Source: Singulisphaera sp. GP187
GTDB taxonomy: Bacteria > Planctomycetota > Planctomycetia > Gemmatales > Gemmataceae
DNA length: 64,000 bases
Assembly: GCA_945861245.1 (NCBI GenBank)
Contig: CAMAUE010000009.1
Location: forward strand, 60 to 64,059
Reading direction: 5' to 3'
Numbering within the stretch: the first letter of the stretch is position 1; every line of letters begins with the position of its first letter. Position numbers and translations under genes: made by a program. The notes under the pieces are model-generated. The model was not told the DNA's origin, made no database searches, and worked only from the letters and a program-made list of their open reading frames with translations. Shown here in pieces: positions 26,539 through 36,460 of this stretch.

Positions 26539-29049
26539 TTATTTCTCCGCGTCGCGCTCTACCACCTCACGTGGCAACAGCAATTCGCGTTCGTTGCGAG
26601 CCAGGCACGGCGGTACGGTCATCAGCAGGCGTTGGCCGGCGGTGTTTTGGAATTTCCATAGCTTGCCATCCTGGCCTACGGGCACGGGAATGCTGAAGTA
26701 GCCGGCCTTCTTGTCGAATGTGTGCACCTTCTTACCGACGGCATCGAGCAAGTCGCCTTGCCCGGATGCGTAACCGCCAATGACTTTGGTACCCGTCGGT
26801 ACATAGAAAACCATGCTCCATCGGCCCAGCAGATTCGGCTGCGCATCGAGGCGCGAGATGATCGTCATCGGCATGCCGTCCAGCCAATGGGTGCGTGTAC
26901 CGGCACCGTGATCCGAGACGACGATGCGGTGCAGCCCCTTGAACGTCGTCGCCAGCACGATCTCGTGGTCGAGTTTGTCGGGCAGCACCTTGGCTTCGCT
27001 GACCGACTTGCCTTCGACCTCGTCAGCGGGGAAGAGGTTGAAGGTCGCATCCCCCTTGTTCGAGTACACGACACCGCCGGCCGCTTGCAGTTTGAATTGC
27101 GTCGGCGCCTGTTCAACCCAGGTATGGAACTCGCGCACGCCGCGACTGTATAGCCCAGCGCTGCCCGTCTTGACGGCAGCGAGTTTGAGCTTCGTCGCAG
27201 GCACGAGGTTGTCGCTGAACGCGATCGGCTCGAAGTCGAACAACTTTCGATTTACGATTCCCGCTGCCAGTATGATCGTTAGTTCATCAACCGAAAAGGC
27301 GTCGCTCGTCAACCACGGGTTCTTGCTTTCCTTGGCGATCTTGGCTTCTTTTGGCATCGTCACGGTTTTGTCACGATTGGCGAGATCGCGCACCAGGCCA
27401 TGCGTGTGAATCATCATCGATTTGCGTATCCGTAGCGAGTGCTTGATGACCGCCTCGAAACCTTTCTGCCTCGCTTCGCCCTGCACCGATGCGTAATCGG
27501 TCCACAATTCGACATAGCGTGTATAGAGCACCAGGTCATGAATGCGTGCATGGATCTTCGCGTCGGCAGTGAGGCCGCGAGCCTCGTTCAGCTTGCGATA
27601 CATGCGGCCCAACAGGTCATCGGTCAACAGCGGCTTGCTCTTGGCGTCGATCAGGCGATAGAACTCCGCCATCGGCTTCTTGGCCGGGCCGAAGGCTTTG
27701 TCAAGAAAGTCGGCTCGCAGCGATTCGACGCTCTTCGCTTCGCGGATATCCCACAGCATGCGAGCGGCGAGGTAATAGCCCAGGCCGTTGCAGCCCCAAT
27801 TGTCGCTCGACTCCGCGGACATGAAGCGAGCGCCGTTTTGATGGAAGTGCGGGATGGTGCGGGTGAGGTATTCGATGTTCGCGCCGCGTGCCTTGCCAGG
27901 CAGATCGCGATCCCAGGTGTTGACGCTGTAGTATTCGCGAACGCCGGTCGTCGCACCTTGCTTCTGCCAACCGATCATGAGTTGATCGACGGAATACCCA
28001 CCCTGGATGAACGCCGTGGCGATGTTGATGATGACGCGCGGGTGGACCTTGATCGTCGGCGGCGGTGAATGGCTGCTGTATGCGTATAGGCCAACGAACT
28101 TGTTGGGATGCTTCGCATGCACGGCATCAGCGACTTGATTGGCAAGCGTGACGACGCGATCGCTGACGCTGCCCATCTTTTTGCATTCCTTGCACTCGCA
28201 CCATCGGCCGCCGTCGGCAGGTTCGAGAGAAACGCACTGGCGTGACGGATCCTTCGCAAATTGATCGAGCGAGTCCTTCACGACGAGTTTACGCAGGTCG
28301 GCGTTTGAAATGCAGAACTGGTGCGAGCGCCGTTCGCCGTCGATGAGTCCGCGATACTCGGGATGCTTCTCGAACTCGGTCTTGTGCCGCGACGCGATGC
28401 CCTGATACGCATGGCCCGTACTCAACACGATGCCCGAGGTCGCGCGGTTCTTCGCACACCAATCGGCATATGGCTTGGCCGCCCAACTGCCCGCGCCGTA
28501 CCCGTACCAGATTCGCCGCATGTTGTATGACGGATGTTCGAGCGAATCGACGGCGATAACGAGATTGCGTTCGCTCGGCACGACTTCCCACGTCGTGCCA
28601 GGAAAGAATTGGCGATGGCCGAGACGCTGAAGCACGTCCCACACCGCGTGCTCGACGGCGAGTTCGCTGGCTCCCAGGATGTGCAAGCCCTTCTCATGCG
28701 AGTGCAGCCAATAGTCCTCGGTGCGCGTCGGATCGATGGACGCGAGTTCTTTGGGAGCAGTAACGGCGGGAAAGTCTTTCACCAACCCGACGGCCAAACC
28801 CGTCGTGCCGTCGCCGGACTCGACTTGGAACTTCCCGCCGGTGATCTTTCCAAGGTAATCGGCCAGATTATTAGCCGCCAGGCGGATGCGCTCGTTGGGG
28901 TTCTTCGGCACAATAATCGGCCAAGCGGGCTTGCCGTCTTGGGCGATGGCGACGCGCGTCTGTTTCGGCTGGCCGACAACTTGGGTGTTCGGCAGGAAGC
29001 ACAGTGCCAGGAAAATAAGCATTGATTTCGCGAATGCGCTCATCGTCAA
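26539..29049 (-). CDS. Secreted ~830-aa protein, DUF4838-like putative glycoside hydrolase (tentative)
   Basis: Signal peptide MSAFAKSMLIFLALCFLPNTQVVGQ. The N-terminal VAIAQDGKPAWPIIVPKNPNERIRLAANNLADYLGKITGGKFQV resembles the start of DUF4838/GH20b-like proteins. Family call is from memory only. Confidence 0.5.
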   Translation of the reverse strand: MTMSAFAKSMLIFLALCFLPNTQVVGQPKQTRVAIAQDGKPAWPIIVPKNPNERIRLAANNLADYLGKITGGKFQVESGDGTTGLAVGLVKDFPAVTAPKELASIDPTRTEDYWLHSHEKGLHILGASELAVEHAVWDVLQRLGHRQFFPGTTWEVVPSERNLVIAVDSLEHPSYNMRRIWYGYGAGSWAAKPYADWCAKNRATSGIVLSTGHAYQGIASRHKTEFEKHPEYRGLIDGERRSHQFCISNADLRKLVVKDSLDQFAKDPSRQCVSLEPADGGRWCECKECKKMGSVSDRVVTLANQVADAVHAKHPNKFVGLYAYSSHSPPPTIKVHPRVIINIATAFIQGGYSVDQLMIGWQKQGATTGVREYYSVNTWDRDLPGKARGANIEYLTRTIPHFHQNGARFMSAESSDNWGCNGLGYYLAARMLWDIREAKSVESLRADFLDKAFGPAKKPMAEFYRLIDAKSKPLLTDDLLGRMYRKLNEARGLTADAKIHARIHDLVLYTRYVELWTDYASVQGEARQKGFEAVIKHSLRIRKSMMIHTHGLVRDLANRDKTVTMPKEAKIAKESKNPWLTSDAFSVDELTIILAAGIVNRKLFDFEPIAFSDNLVPATKLKLAAVKTGSAGLYSRGVREFHTWVEQAPTQFKLQAAGGVVYSNKGDATFNLFPADEVEGKSVSEAKVLPDKLDHEIVLATTFKGLHRIVVSDHGAGTRTHWLDGMPMTIISRLDAQPNLLGRWSMVFYVPTGTKVIGGYASGQGDLLDAVGKKVHTFDKKAGYFSIPVPVGQDGKLWKFQNTAGQRLLMTVPPCLARNERELLLPREVVERDAEK

Positions 29050-29103
29050 CCTCCAATGTTGTTCCCATCACGATATGGGCAATGCTAAACGCAAGCAATG
29101 GAT

Positions 29104-29163
29104 TTAATGTAGCACGACGCTCCGCGTCGTAGACCTACGACGCGGAGCGTCGTGCTACATTAA
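29104..29163. terminator. 60-bp near-perfect palindrome directly after fcl
   Basis: ttaatgtagcacgacgctccgcgtcgtag / ctacgacgcggagcgtcgtgctacattaa, 29-nt arms with a 2-nt loop. It lies between the fcl stop (29167) and the next gene start (29049). Confidence 0.6.
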
Positions 29164-29166
29164 GAA

Positions 29167-30108
29167 TCACATGCGATGCCAGGTCGCGCGGTGTTGCTGG
29201 AACCAAGCGATCGTATCACGAAGCCCGTCCCGCAAATTGATGCGTGGTCGCCAGCCGAGCGCGGTAATGCGTGAGATGTCAAGCAATTTGCGTGGCATGC
29301 CGTCGGGTTGCGTTGTGTCCCAGCAGATTTTGCCATGCCAGCCGACGAGGTCGGCGATAAGCTCCGCCAACTCACGGATCGTGATATCGCTGCCGTAGCC
29401 GATGTTGACGAGATCGGCGGAATCGTGGCGTTCCATCACGAGCTTGCACGCCTCGGCGAGGTCGTCGGCGTGCAGGAATTCTCGCCGCGCGGCTCCCGTG
29501 CCCCAGAGCGTGACGCGATCCAGGCGGGCGTCCTTGGCTTCGCAGAATTTGCGAATGAGTGCAGGCACGACATGCGAGGAATCCCACGCGAAATTATCGA
29601 ACGGGCCATAGAGATTCGTCGGCATCACGGCGACGAAGTTGCAGTCATGTTGTTTGCGGTAAGCGCGTGCAAGCGTGATGCCGGCGATCTTGGCGATGGC
29701 GTATGGTTCGTTGGTCGGTTCGAGTTTGCCGTCGAGAAACGACTCTTCACGGATCGGCTGCGGCGCCAGGCGTGGATAGATGCACGAACTGCCGAGGAAG
29801 AGCAATTTGCGCACGCCATGTCGATGGGAAGCCGACAGGACGTTGTTCTGGATGTGGAGATTATCGAGCAAGAAATCGACGGGAAACCGAACGTTGGCGC
29901 CAATACCGCCAACTCTCGCCGCCGCGAGGATTACGTCAACAGGACGATGCTCGGCAAAGAAACGCTCGACGGATGCTGGATCGCGCAGATCAAGTTCCGC
30001 GCGGGTTCGCACGATTAGGCGGTGCGTTCCGTCCTTGGCGAGACAGCGAACCATCGCGGCGCCGACGAGACCGCAATGGCCTGCCACATACGTTGTCGCC
30101 GTGCTCAT
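29167..30108 (-). CDS. fcl: GDP-L-fucose synthase
   Basis: 313 aa. N-terminal VAGHCGLVGAA (Rossmann), SSCIYP, NLYGPFDNF, SHVVPALIRKF, LWGTGAARREFLHADDLAEA: the characteristic Fcl/WcaG series. Confidence 0.9.
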   Translation of the reverse strand: MSTATTYVAGHCGLVGAAMVRCLAKDGTHRLIVRTRAELDLRDPASVERFFAEHRPVDVILAAARVGGIGANVRFPVDFLLDNLHIQNNVLSASHRHGVRKLLFLGSSCIYPRLAPQPIREESFLDGKLEPTNEPYAIAKIAGITLARAYRKQHDCNFVAVMPTNLYGPFDNFAWDSSHVVPALIRKFCEAKDARLDRVTLWGTGAARREFLHADDLAEACKLVMERHDSADLVNIGYGSDITIRELAELIADLVGWHGKICWDTTQPDGMPRKLLDISRITALGWRPRINLRDGLRDTIAWFQQHRATWHRM

Positions 30109-30126
30109 TCCGCTGCTCCCAGTGCA

Positions 30127-32259
30127 TCAGCGGTCCAGGCCCAGGCGATTCGCGACGATGCGTCTTGTGTCGGGAACGATCAGCCAGCGCCAGTGGGTCG
30201 GTAGCTCGTTGTCGGGCGTACCGGTTTTTGTCAACAACAGATACTCGATGTTTGGGAACGGAATGCGGCCGACGACACCGTTCATTAGCGATGTGCCCAG
30301 CCCCGCGGTCCATGACAGAAGCACCTTTTCCTTCAGTTCCTTGGTCAGCGGGCCATCGTAATAGCAGATCGTGTCGAGCGGTCCGGTCACATGTTTGATC
30401 GGCACGATTCTCTTGACGAGTTGCTCCGTTTTCTCAACCTTGGCGATCGTGCCATAAACCGCCAGGGCGTCCGCCCAGTTCAGGGGTGGAAAGAGCGAGT
30501 ATTTCACCGCAGCGAGGGCGGACTTCTGAAACAACTCGCGATGGATTAATTGGGATTCACTGAGGTATTTTTGATAGACCTCGTAAATATCCTCTTGCAT
30601 GCTGCCAACCTGTGCGAATTGCGGATACTTCAAGCAGCCCAGCGTGTAGTAGCGCCAGCCCTCTTCATAAAGCTCCAGCATGCGCTCGCTCGCTCCTCTG
30701 CGTTTGCGCTGCTCGGCGTTGAACAGCGCTTTGCGAGCGGCAAGGATGAGCAGATCGCTTTCGCCTTCGGATTGATACAGGAACGTATCGAAATTCGTTA
30801 CCCCGCGGTAGGTGCTGTTGTAATACAGTTTCAGATGCGCCTCGAGGCCAATCCCGAGTTCGCCCTGCCGATCGCCCGCGCGAACCTGAGGCAGTTGCCC
30901 CGCCGGGATTTTTCTCGCCTTGCGAAATACCTCGGCTTGCGCTTCCAGCTTTATCATTTCGTCGGGCGGAATGTAGAGTCCGTTCGCGATGCCGTACTTG
31001 CGATAGAGGTCGTAGCTTTTGGCCCACGCACGCATCGAGTGGTACTTCGCCTCTCTGCCGACTGCTTTGGTGTCGCTCGCGCTTTCGAGCCAATCCTTGA
31101 CAGCCCAGCCGTCGCTATCGAAGAATCCCTCTTGTTCAAGCGTCTCGGCGATATAAACCTGCCCACGCGCGGGGTACTGACGGAAAATCTGTGCCATCAT
31201 ACCCTTGGGCAGACGGTATTTTCGCTTATCGTAATCAACCACGTAGGGGCCAGGATTCCGCGTCGGCGGGGGTAGCGGCTTCTGGGCAAATTCGTACCAC
31301 GTTTTCGCCACAAGAAACACATCGACGTGTTCCTCAGTGGATAGCGAAGTCTCAAGCGGATTGGGCCAACCCGGCTCATTCGGCGGCGGGAAGATTGGGA
31401 ACTGCTCCTGCGGTTTCTTGAGTTCGGACCGCCCGGCCGTAGCTAGCTGCTCCTTGGCGACATCTTGAAATCGATGCGGGATTTTTTGGTTACGTTCCAG
31501 AAATCGAACGATCTGATCCGGGTTTTCGTAGCGTAGCCCTTCGTTCAGGCGACGCATCAGCCGTGGGTATTTCGCCGTGAACTTGGCCAGTTCTTCCATG
31601 TTGACTTTGCCAGGATCGCTTGCCAGCCAGAAGCGTTCCGGTCTGCGTTCGATCGGATCGATGCAGCTCATTTCCAGCAAGCAGCGCATGGTAAGTCGTT
31701 CGTCGCTGGTACCGATTTTTAGTTGGTAGGTGAATCCCATGAAGTGGCGCAGTTCCGGGTTGCCTGGATAGGTCGCGCGATCGTCGGCCTCTTTGACAAA
31801 GTCGTCGCGCGTGCCGCGATTGCGGCGCTCCCCTTCGGCGAGAAGCTCCAGGCCGCGGCTGACGTAGTAATATTTGTCACGCGGTTGATCGCTTTCGACG
31901 GCAACATTGAAGGCGATGTTCCAACTCTGGTAAAGCCAGGGCGTAATGAAATACGGCTGCAACTTGGTAATCGATTTCACGATCAGTTCGAGTTCATGCC
32001 ATTCGTTTTTCTTTTGCTTGTCCATCGCGTTGTACCAGAGCACGGTGACGGCCAAGCCACGCGATCCGGTCAAGAGCAGTCGCACGGCGGAGCTGGTTAG
32101 CTCAACCTCGCCGCGTGCGGTCTCACGCAACTGGAGATAGAGCGCTTGCGGCTTCACGATGAATTCGCGATGCATCAGCGAGAGCGTAAACAGCGCGACG
32201 ATGGCCCCGAAATAGATCATCTTGCGTTGTCGAACCTGTTGCAGGATTGGAGTAGCCAT
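30127..32259 (-). CDS. Hypothetical 710-aa protein with an N-terminal TM helix, operonic with the ABC-2 transporter and fcl
   Basis: MIYFGAIVALFTLSLM anchor. Its stop is 18 nt before the fcl start. No family recognised. Confidence 0.7.
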   Translation of the reverse strand: MATPILQQVRQRKMIYFGAIVALFTLSLMHREFIVKPQALYLQLRETARGEVELTSSAVRLLLTGSRGLAVTVLWYNAMDKQKKNEWHELELIVKSITKLQPYFITPWLYQSWNIAFNVAVESDQPRDKYYYVSRGLELLAEGERRNRGTRDDFVKEADDRATYPGNPELRHFMGFTYQLKIGTSDERLTMRCLLEMSCIDPIERRPERFWLASDPGKVNMEELAKFTAKYPRLMRRLNEGLRYENPDQIVRFLERNQKIPHRFQDVAKEQLATAGRSELKKPQEQFPIFPPPNEPGWPNPLETSLSTEEHVDVFLVAKTWYEFAQKPLPPPTRNPGPYVVDYDKRKYRLPKGMMAQIFRQYPARGQVYIAETLEQEGFFDSDGWAVKDWLESASDTKAVGREAKYHSMRAWAKSYDLYRKYGIANGLYIPPDEMIKLEAQAEVFRKARKIPAGQLPQVRAGDRQGELGIGLEAHLKLYYNSTYRGVTNFDTFLYQSEGESDLLILAARKALFNAEQRKRRGASERMLELYEEGWRYYTLGCLKYPQFAQVGSMQEDIYEVYQKYLSESQLIHRELFQKSALAAVKYSLFPPLNWADALAVYGTIAKVEKTEQLVKRIVPIKHVTGPLDTICYYDGPLTKELKEKVLLSWTAGLGTSLMNGVVGRIPFPNIEYLLLTKTGTPDNELPTHWRWLIVPDTRRIVANRLGLDR

Positions 32260-32283
32260 GCGTCACTCTCCGGCGAAGGAACT

Positions 32284-32362
32284 GTTTAGCCGCTCGCCTT
32301 TGGCGAGCGCGTTCGATAAATGCACACACCCAAGCGCGCTCGCCAAAGGCGAGCGGCCAAAC
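32284..32362. repeat. Family C2 nested palindromic repeat, copy 1
   Basis: gtttagccgctcgcctttggcgagcgcg / cgcgctcgccaaaggcgagcggccaaac. Each arm is itself a small hairpin (cgctcgcc ttt ggcgagcg). Confidence 0.85.
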
Positions 32363-32364
32363 AA

Positions 32365-34464
32365 TCACGTTGGGTTTGCGGTTTCACGCATTTTCATGAG
32401 ATAATACGCCAATACCGCCCAGGGCAGCAGGTAACCGCCCAAAGGCAGGAGGTTGTCCACGAGCAGCACGTCGATCCAACCGATGTCGAAGCCGTTGGCG
32501 ACGTAAAGATGCAAGTCGTGACGGCCGACATCGGGGAACATGCTGATGATTCGGCCAATCCACCAACTGAAGAGTTGGTCGAGCGTTTTGATTACGGTGT
32601 TCATCGGCGTCGCTTCGTCGAAGCGTGCCGCCACGGGAAGGCCTTTGGTAATGCGAATAGCGGACTCGGCGGGGCCGCCGCCGTCGAGCCTGCCCTCGGC
32701 GATTTCACGCATATAATCCAGAGACATGCCGCACAAGTAGAGGAAAATCGTCGCGATGAAACTAATTACGCTGCTGAAATACGTGCTCATCGCCAGAGCG
32801 ATCGCCAGCACGAGCATGTGCGTGCACCACATGCCGATCGTGCCCTTGAGGAAATTTTGCCAGAACGGCATCACGTGCGGAACCATGTAAAAGTCTGCTT
32901 GGGCGACGCCGAGCATTTGCGATTGCTGCGTCTTGTCGACACTGACGAAGACACGCAGCATCGGCAGGGCGTTCTCGCCTTGCGTCACGCGCTTGTCGTG
33001 GTCGATCAGGAATGCCTTGAATGCTGACGGCGGTACAAGCACTTGCTGGGTGTGATAATCGATAACTTCGACGCCGGTTTCTTGATGAATGCGATAGAGG
33101 TTGCGGTACTTCTCGCGAACCTTCTCTTCGTCCGCTCTTCTCTGGGCGGTCAATTCCCCGACTTCCTCTTTGCTCCGACCTTGCTTGGCCTTTTCAAAAC
33201 GAGCGAGGATAGGTTCAAATTCTTTGGACCGTTCTTCTTCCATCTTCTTCACAAGTTCTCTCAACTCGATTGATTGGAAATTGGCATCAGGGCTTCTGAA
33301 AACCCGTGGATCCACGAATGCAAAAGTTACGCGGATGCCCTTGCCTTCTTCCTTGGCGTCGCCCTTGGAGAGGCGGAAGATATCGAACGAGAACTCGAAC
33401 AGAACCTCCTCGGTCCGGTTGGCGAGATCTTCGGGAAAGGCGGCGAAATCCCAAACCGCGAATTGGCGGAACTTGTCCGACGTGTTATGACTTGGACCCG
33501 TGATATAGCTTCGGTAGCTCCACTCGCGGCCAACGGAATCGCCTTTTTGGGCTGCTTTCGTGCCGACGAAATGCAGCTTTCCATAGATGGGAATGCGTGC
33601 CGTGAAGCTTTCCTGTGCCGCCTCATCCGTTACGCCGCGAACGACATAGAGGAGGCTGAGCGACGACACGACAAACAAGCCGACGGTGAGCAAGCTGCCG
33701 AAGCCGAGGAAGCGGCCCAGAACGATCTCAAACGGCTCGACTGGCTTCGTCACGACAGTGTGTATCGAATTGTTCTTTACGTCGTTCGGGATACTGAATG
33801 CGCCGAGCAAGGCGGCCAGGACCAAGAAGAGCGGTGTCATCGACCAGAACACGACGCGAACGTAGTTGCGCAGTTGGTCCTCGGCCTTGTAGGGGACGAA
33901 CCAATGGGCAAACAGGAAGATCAACGCCATCGCGCCGAAGACCCAGATGACGCGGCCACGAATCGCTTCCTTCCAACTCAGCAGGGCCAGGGCCCAAATG
34001 CGGCCGAAGCTCAATCGCGACACGATATCCATCAACACTGGCGTGAGCGCGACGGTGAGGGCGATCGCGCCGGCAATCGTCAGGATCAGGTCGCCGATAG
34101 TGCTCGGCATGGTGGCATTGAGGCGAGGCAGTAAGGCATCCACGCCGGGCACGCCCACCCATCGGCCAATCCAGGCGAGAACGATGACGGCGTAACAGGC
34201 GACGGAGGCGAAAAAGCCGTAGAGCAGGTAGGTCCAGAAGGCGACGGTGCGGCCGGCGATATGGATGAAGTTGTAGTCTTTAGCACTGCGTTGGACGAAG
34301 CTCGAAATACAGACGAGGGCAATCGCCACCGCTGCCGCCGCTCCGGCGTTTTGCAACCACTCACCAAACGCCGCCGGCAGTTGCGCCCAATGCATCGGCA
34401 CGCGTTCAAGATACAAGCTGGCAAACAACATCATCGTTACTTCGCCTCCAACGGAAATAATCAT
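32365..34464 (-). CDS. ABC-2-type transporter permease with a large inserted soluble domain
   Basis: Start taken at ATG 34464 (or 34434); the upstream track codons (FALAQNERLNG) come from the family C2 repeat. Multiple TM helices at both ends. K/E-rich soluble region about aa 300-520. FEIVLGRFLGFGSLLTVGLF is typical of ABC-2 permeases. Confidence 0.7.
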   Translation of the reverse strand: MIISVGGEVTMMLFASLYLERVPMHWAQLPAAFGEWLQNAGAAAAVAIALVCISSFVQRSAKDYNFIHIAGRTVAFWTYLLYGFFASVACYAVIVLAWIGRWVGVPGVDALLPRLNATMPSTIGDLILTIAGAIALTVALTPVLMDIVSRLSFGRIWALALLSWKEAIRGRVIWVFGAMALIFLFAHWFVPYKAEDQLRNYVRVVFWSMTPLFLVLAALLGAFSIPNDVKNNSIHTVVTKPVEPFEIVLGRFLGFGSLLTVGLFVVSSLSLLYVVRGVTDEAAQESFTARIPIYGKLHFVGTKAAQKGDSVGREWSYRSYITGPSHNTSDKFRQFAVWDFAAFPEDLANRTEEVLFEFSFDIFRLSKGDAKEEGKGIRVTFAFVDPRVFRSPDANFQSIELRELVKKMEEERSKEFEPILARFEKAKQGRSKEEVGELTAQRRADEEKVREKYRNLYRIHQETGVEVIDYHTQQVLVPPSAFKAFLIDHDKRVTQGENALPMLRVFVSVDKTQQSQMLGVAQADFYMVPHVMPFWQNFLKGTIGMWCTHMLVLAIALAMSTYFSSVISFIATIFLYLCGMSLDYMREIAEGRLDGGGPAESAIRITKGLPVAARFDEATPMNTVIKTLDQLFSWWIGRIISMFPDVGRHDLHLYVANGFDIGWIDVLLVDNLLPLGGYLLPWAVLAYYLMKMRETANPT

Positions 34465-34470
34465 TTCCCC

Positions 34471-34551
34471 GTTTAGCCGCTCGTTTTGGGCGAGCGCGAA
34501 CAGCTGACACCCGAAACGTCGGTCGCGCTCGCCCAAGGCGAGCGGCTAAAC
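34471..34551. repeat. Family C2 nested palindromic repeat, copy 2
   Basis: gtttagccgctcgttttgggcgagcgcg / cgcgctcgcccaaggcgagcggctaaac. It lies between the ABC ATPase stop and the permease start. Confidence 0.85.
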
Positions 34552-34565
34552 GAAATCGGGAAACA

Positions 34566-35519
34566 TCATTTGATGTGCGTTTTCAATTCTTCGGGAACCT
34601 TCTCAGCAGTAACCGGCGCCGGCGCCGATTTTTCCGGCATGTAACGGCGGCCCGGATGTGCCTTACTCTCTTCGATGATTCGCAAGAACAGCGCTTCAAG
34701 CGTAGTCGTCGGATGTCCGATGAACTCCAGCTTGCCGCCGTGCTTCGCCAATACCGTTTCAAGATCGCGGCGAAGTTCATCGTTGAGCTGGACGCCTGTC
34801 GCCCGCAGTTCGAGGCGGAACACATCCTCCAGCAGGCTTTTGACGCTGTCGAGCTTTCGCAGTTCGCCTTCGCTCAGAATCGCAACGCGGTCGCAAATAT
34901 CCTGCACATCTTCCAATCGATGGCTGCACATAATGATCGTCTTGCCTTCGTCACGCAGTTTGACGATCAAGTCCTTCATCCAGCGTGTGCCAAGCGGATC
35001 GAGGCCCGACGTCGGTTCGTCGAGAATCACCAACTCGGGATCGTTGATAAGCGCCTGTGCCAGGCCGATACGCTGACGCATGCCTTTTGAGTATTCCTTT
35101 AGGATTCGCTTTTTGTCGTTCTTGAGGCCGACCGTTTCAATCAGCTTTTCCGCTCGGCTGCGGCGCAGAGCTGGATCGAGGTTGAACAATCGCCCGTAGA
35201 AATCGAGCGTCTCCTCGGCGTTGAGGAAACGGTACAGGTAGGACTCTTCGGGCAGGTAGCCGATGCGTTCGTTTTTCCGCACTTCGCCGGACGGCATATT
35301 GAACACCAGCGCGTCGCCGTCGGTGGGAAAGAGCAGTCCGAGGAGGAGCTTAATCGTCGTCGTCTTGCCTGACCCGTTCGGACCGAGTAGACCGAAGATC
35401 TCGCCACGCCTGACTTGGAGGTTGAGTGCGCGAAGGGCGACCTTCTTCTCGCGGCCCCAGAAATCGCGGTAGATTTTGGTCAATTTTCGGGTTTCGACGA
35501 CGACTTCTTTGTCGATCAT
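34566..35519 (-). CDS. ABC transporter ATP-binding protein
   Basis: Walker [11 protein letters not shown], signature-like [12 protein letters not shown], Walker [14 protein letters not shown]. Confidence 0.9.
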   Translation of the reverse strand: MIDKEVVVETRKLTKIYRDFWGREKKVALRALNLQVRRGEIFGLLGPNGSGKTTTIKLLLGLLFPTDGDALVFNMPSGEVRKNERIGYLPEESYLYRFLNAEETLDFYGRLFNLDPALRRSRAEKLIETVGLKNDKKRILKEYSKGMRQRIGLAQALINDPELVILDEPTSGLDPLGTRWMKDLIVKLRDEGKTIIMCSHRLEDVQDICDRVAILSEGELRKLDSVKSLLEDVFRLELRATGVQLNDELRRDLETVLAKHGGKLEFIGHPTTTLEALFLRIIEESKAHPGRRYMPEKSAPAPVTAEKVPEELKTHIK

Positions 35520-35751
35520 GGAAAGTCAACCTGTGTGATGTCGCATGGTGGCGTTTGTACTTCTACGCACAACGGATAGAGATCGTTCACAAGTCTCGAA
35601 ATGAGATAACAAAATGATAGGTGTTTGCGCCAACGAGAACAAGACGCGCTCTTGCAGGAATCACGCCGGCTTGTATCATAGTCTCGTACTTTTCAACAAA
35701 AAGAGCCGCCACGCGGATTGCGTGGTTTGAACATGGTGTGAGGAGCGGAAA

Positions 35752-35877
35752 ATGAACGGACGACCCCGGACCGAGGCATCGAAGAAACGCCGTATGAAGG
35801 TGAAGGCGGATCGGCGGCTGAAGAAGACCGTCAGCCGCGTGATGCCGATGCTGTCACGCCCGAAGAAGAAGGACTAA
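35752..35877 (+). CDS. Candidate small, very basic protein (41 aa); below the ORF-track length cutoff
   Basis: ATG preceded by GAGGAG (6 nt spacer). Translation: MNGRPRTEASKKRRMKVKADRRLKKTVSRVMPMLSRPKKKD. Third codon positions are mostly G/C, as in neighbouring genes. Confidence 0.45.
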   Translation: MNGRPRTEASKKRRMKVKADRRLKKTVSRVMPMLSRPKKKD

Positions 35878-36460
35878 ATCGCTGTCGCGCCTGAGTTTGC
35901 CTTCAGCGTTGGCGTGCTATTTTGATGACGAAGTACGCCTCCCGGTTTTGCGAAATGCGCCAACTTTGACACGCTTGGGGGCGCTTTGATTCAATGTGGG
36001 GCGACGCTTCGTGTCGTAGAATTCACGACGTGGGGCGTCGTGCTGTAATGAAATTGCAGACAATTTGTGGGCGGCGTTCATATTCTGTTGCCCGTCGTGC
36101 CGCTGTGGCCCGAACCATGGCCTTCGCCGACCGGTATGTCGGTTCACATTTCGCAAATATCAAAAAATATCTACGTGTGAAGATCATTGCGATAATCGGA
36201 CGCCTCCCGGTCTGCTGCCTGGGTAATCCGTCTGTCGCCAGCTGCTGCGGCTAATCGTCGTGTACTCGGCCACGTGGCGCGTAATTTTCATCGAAAAAGG
36301 CGGAACGGTGGTACAATGAAGGGTGAAGGAAGGGAAGAAATCTGAAGTGCCGAAGGTATTTTGAAAAAAGCTTCGGTTTTCGCGCAAGTTCGATTGCGAA
36401 CCGCGTCAAAACTCATGATGATGTAGAAAATCCCTGCTCGTCTTGTTTGGAGGTACTGCA

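Noticed and set aside
35995-36160. tmRNA or other structured ncRNA suggested by GGGGCGACG...CGUCGUGC segments in the long intergenic region
   Set aside because: There is no tRNA-like 3' end (T-arm/CCA context), no tag reading frame, and no match by eye to RNase P, SRP or 6S core motifs. I cannot support an RNA gene call.
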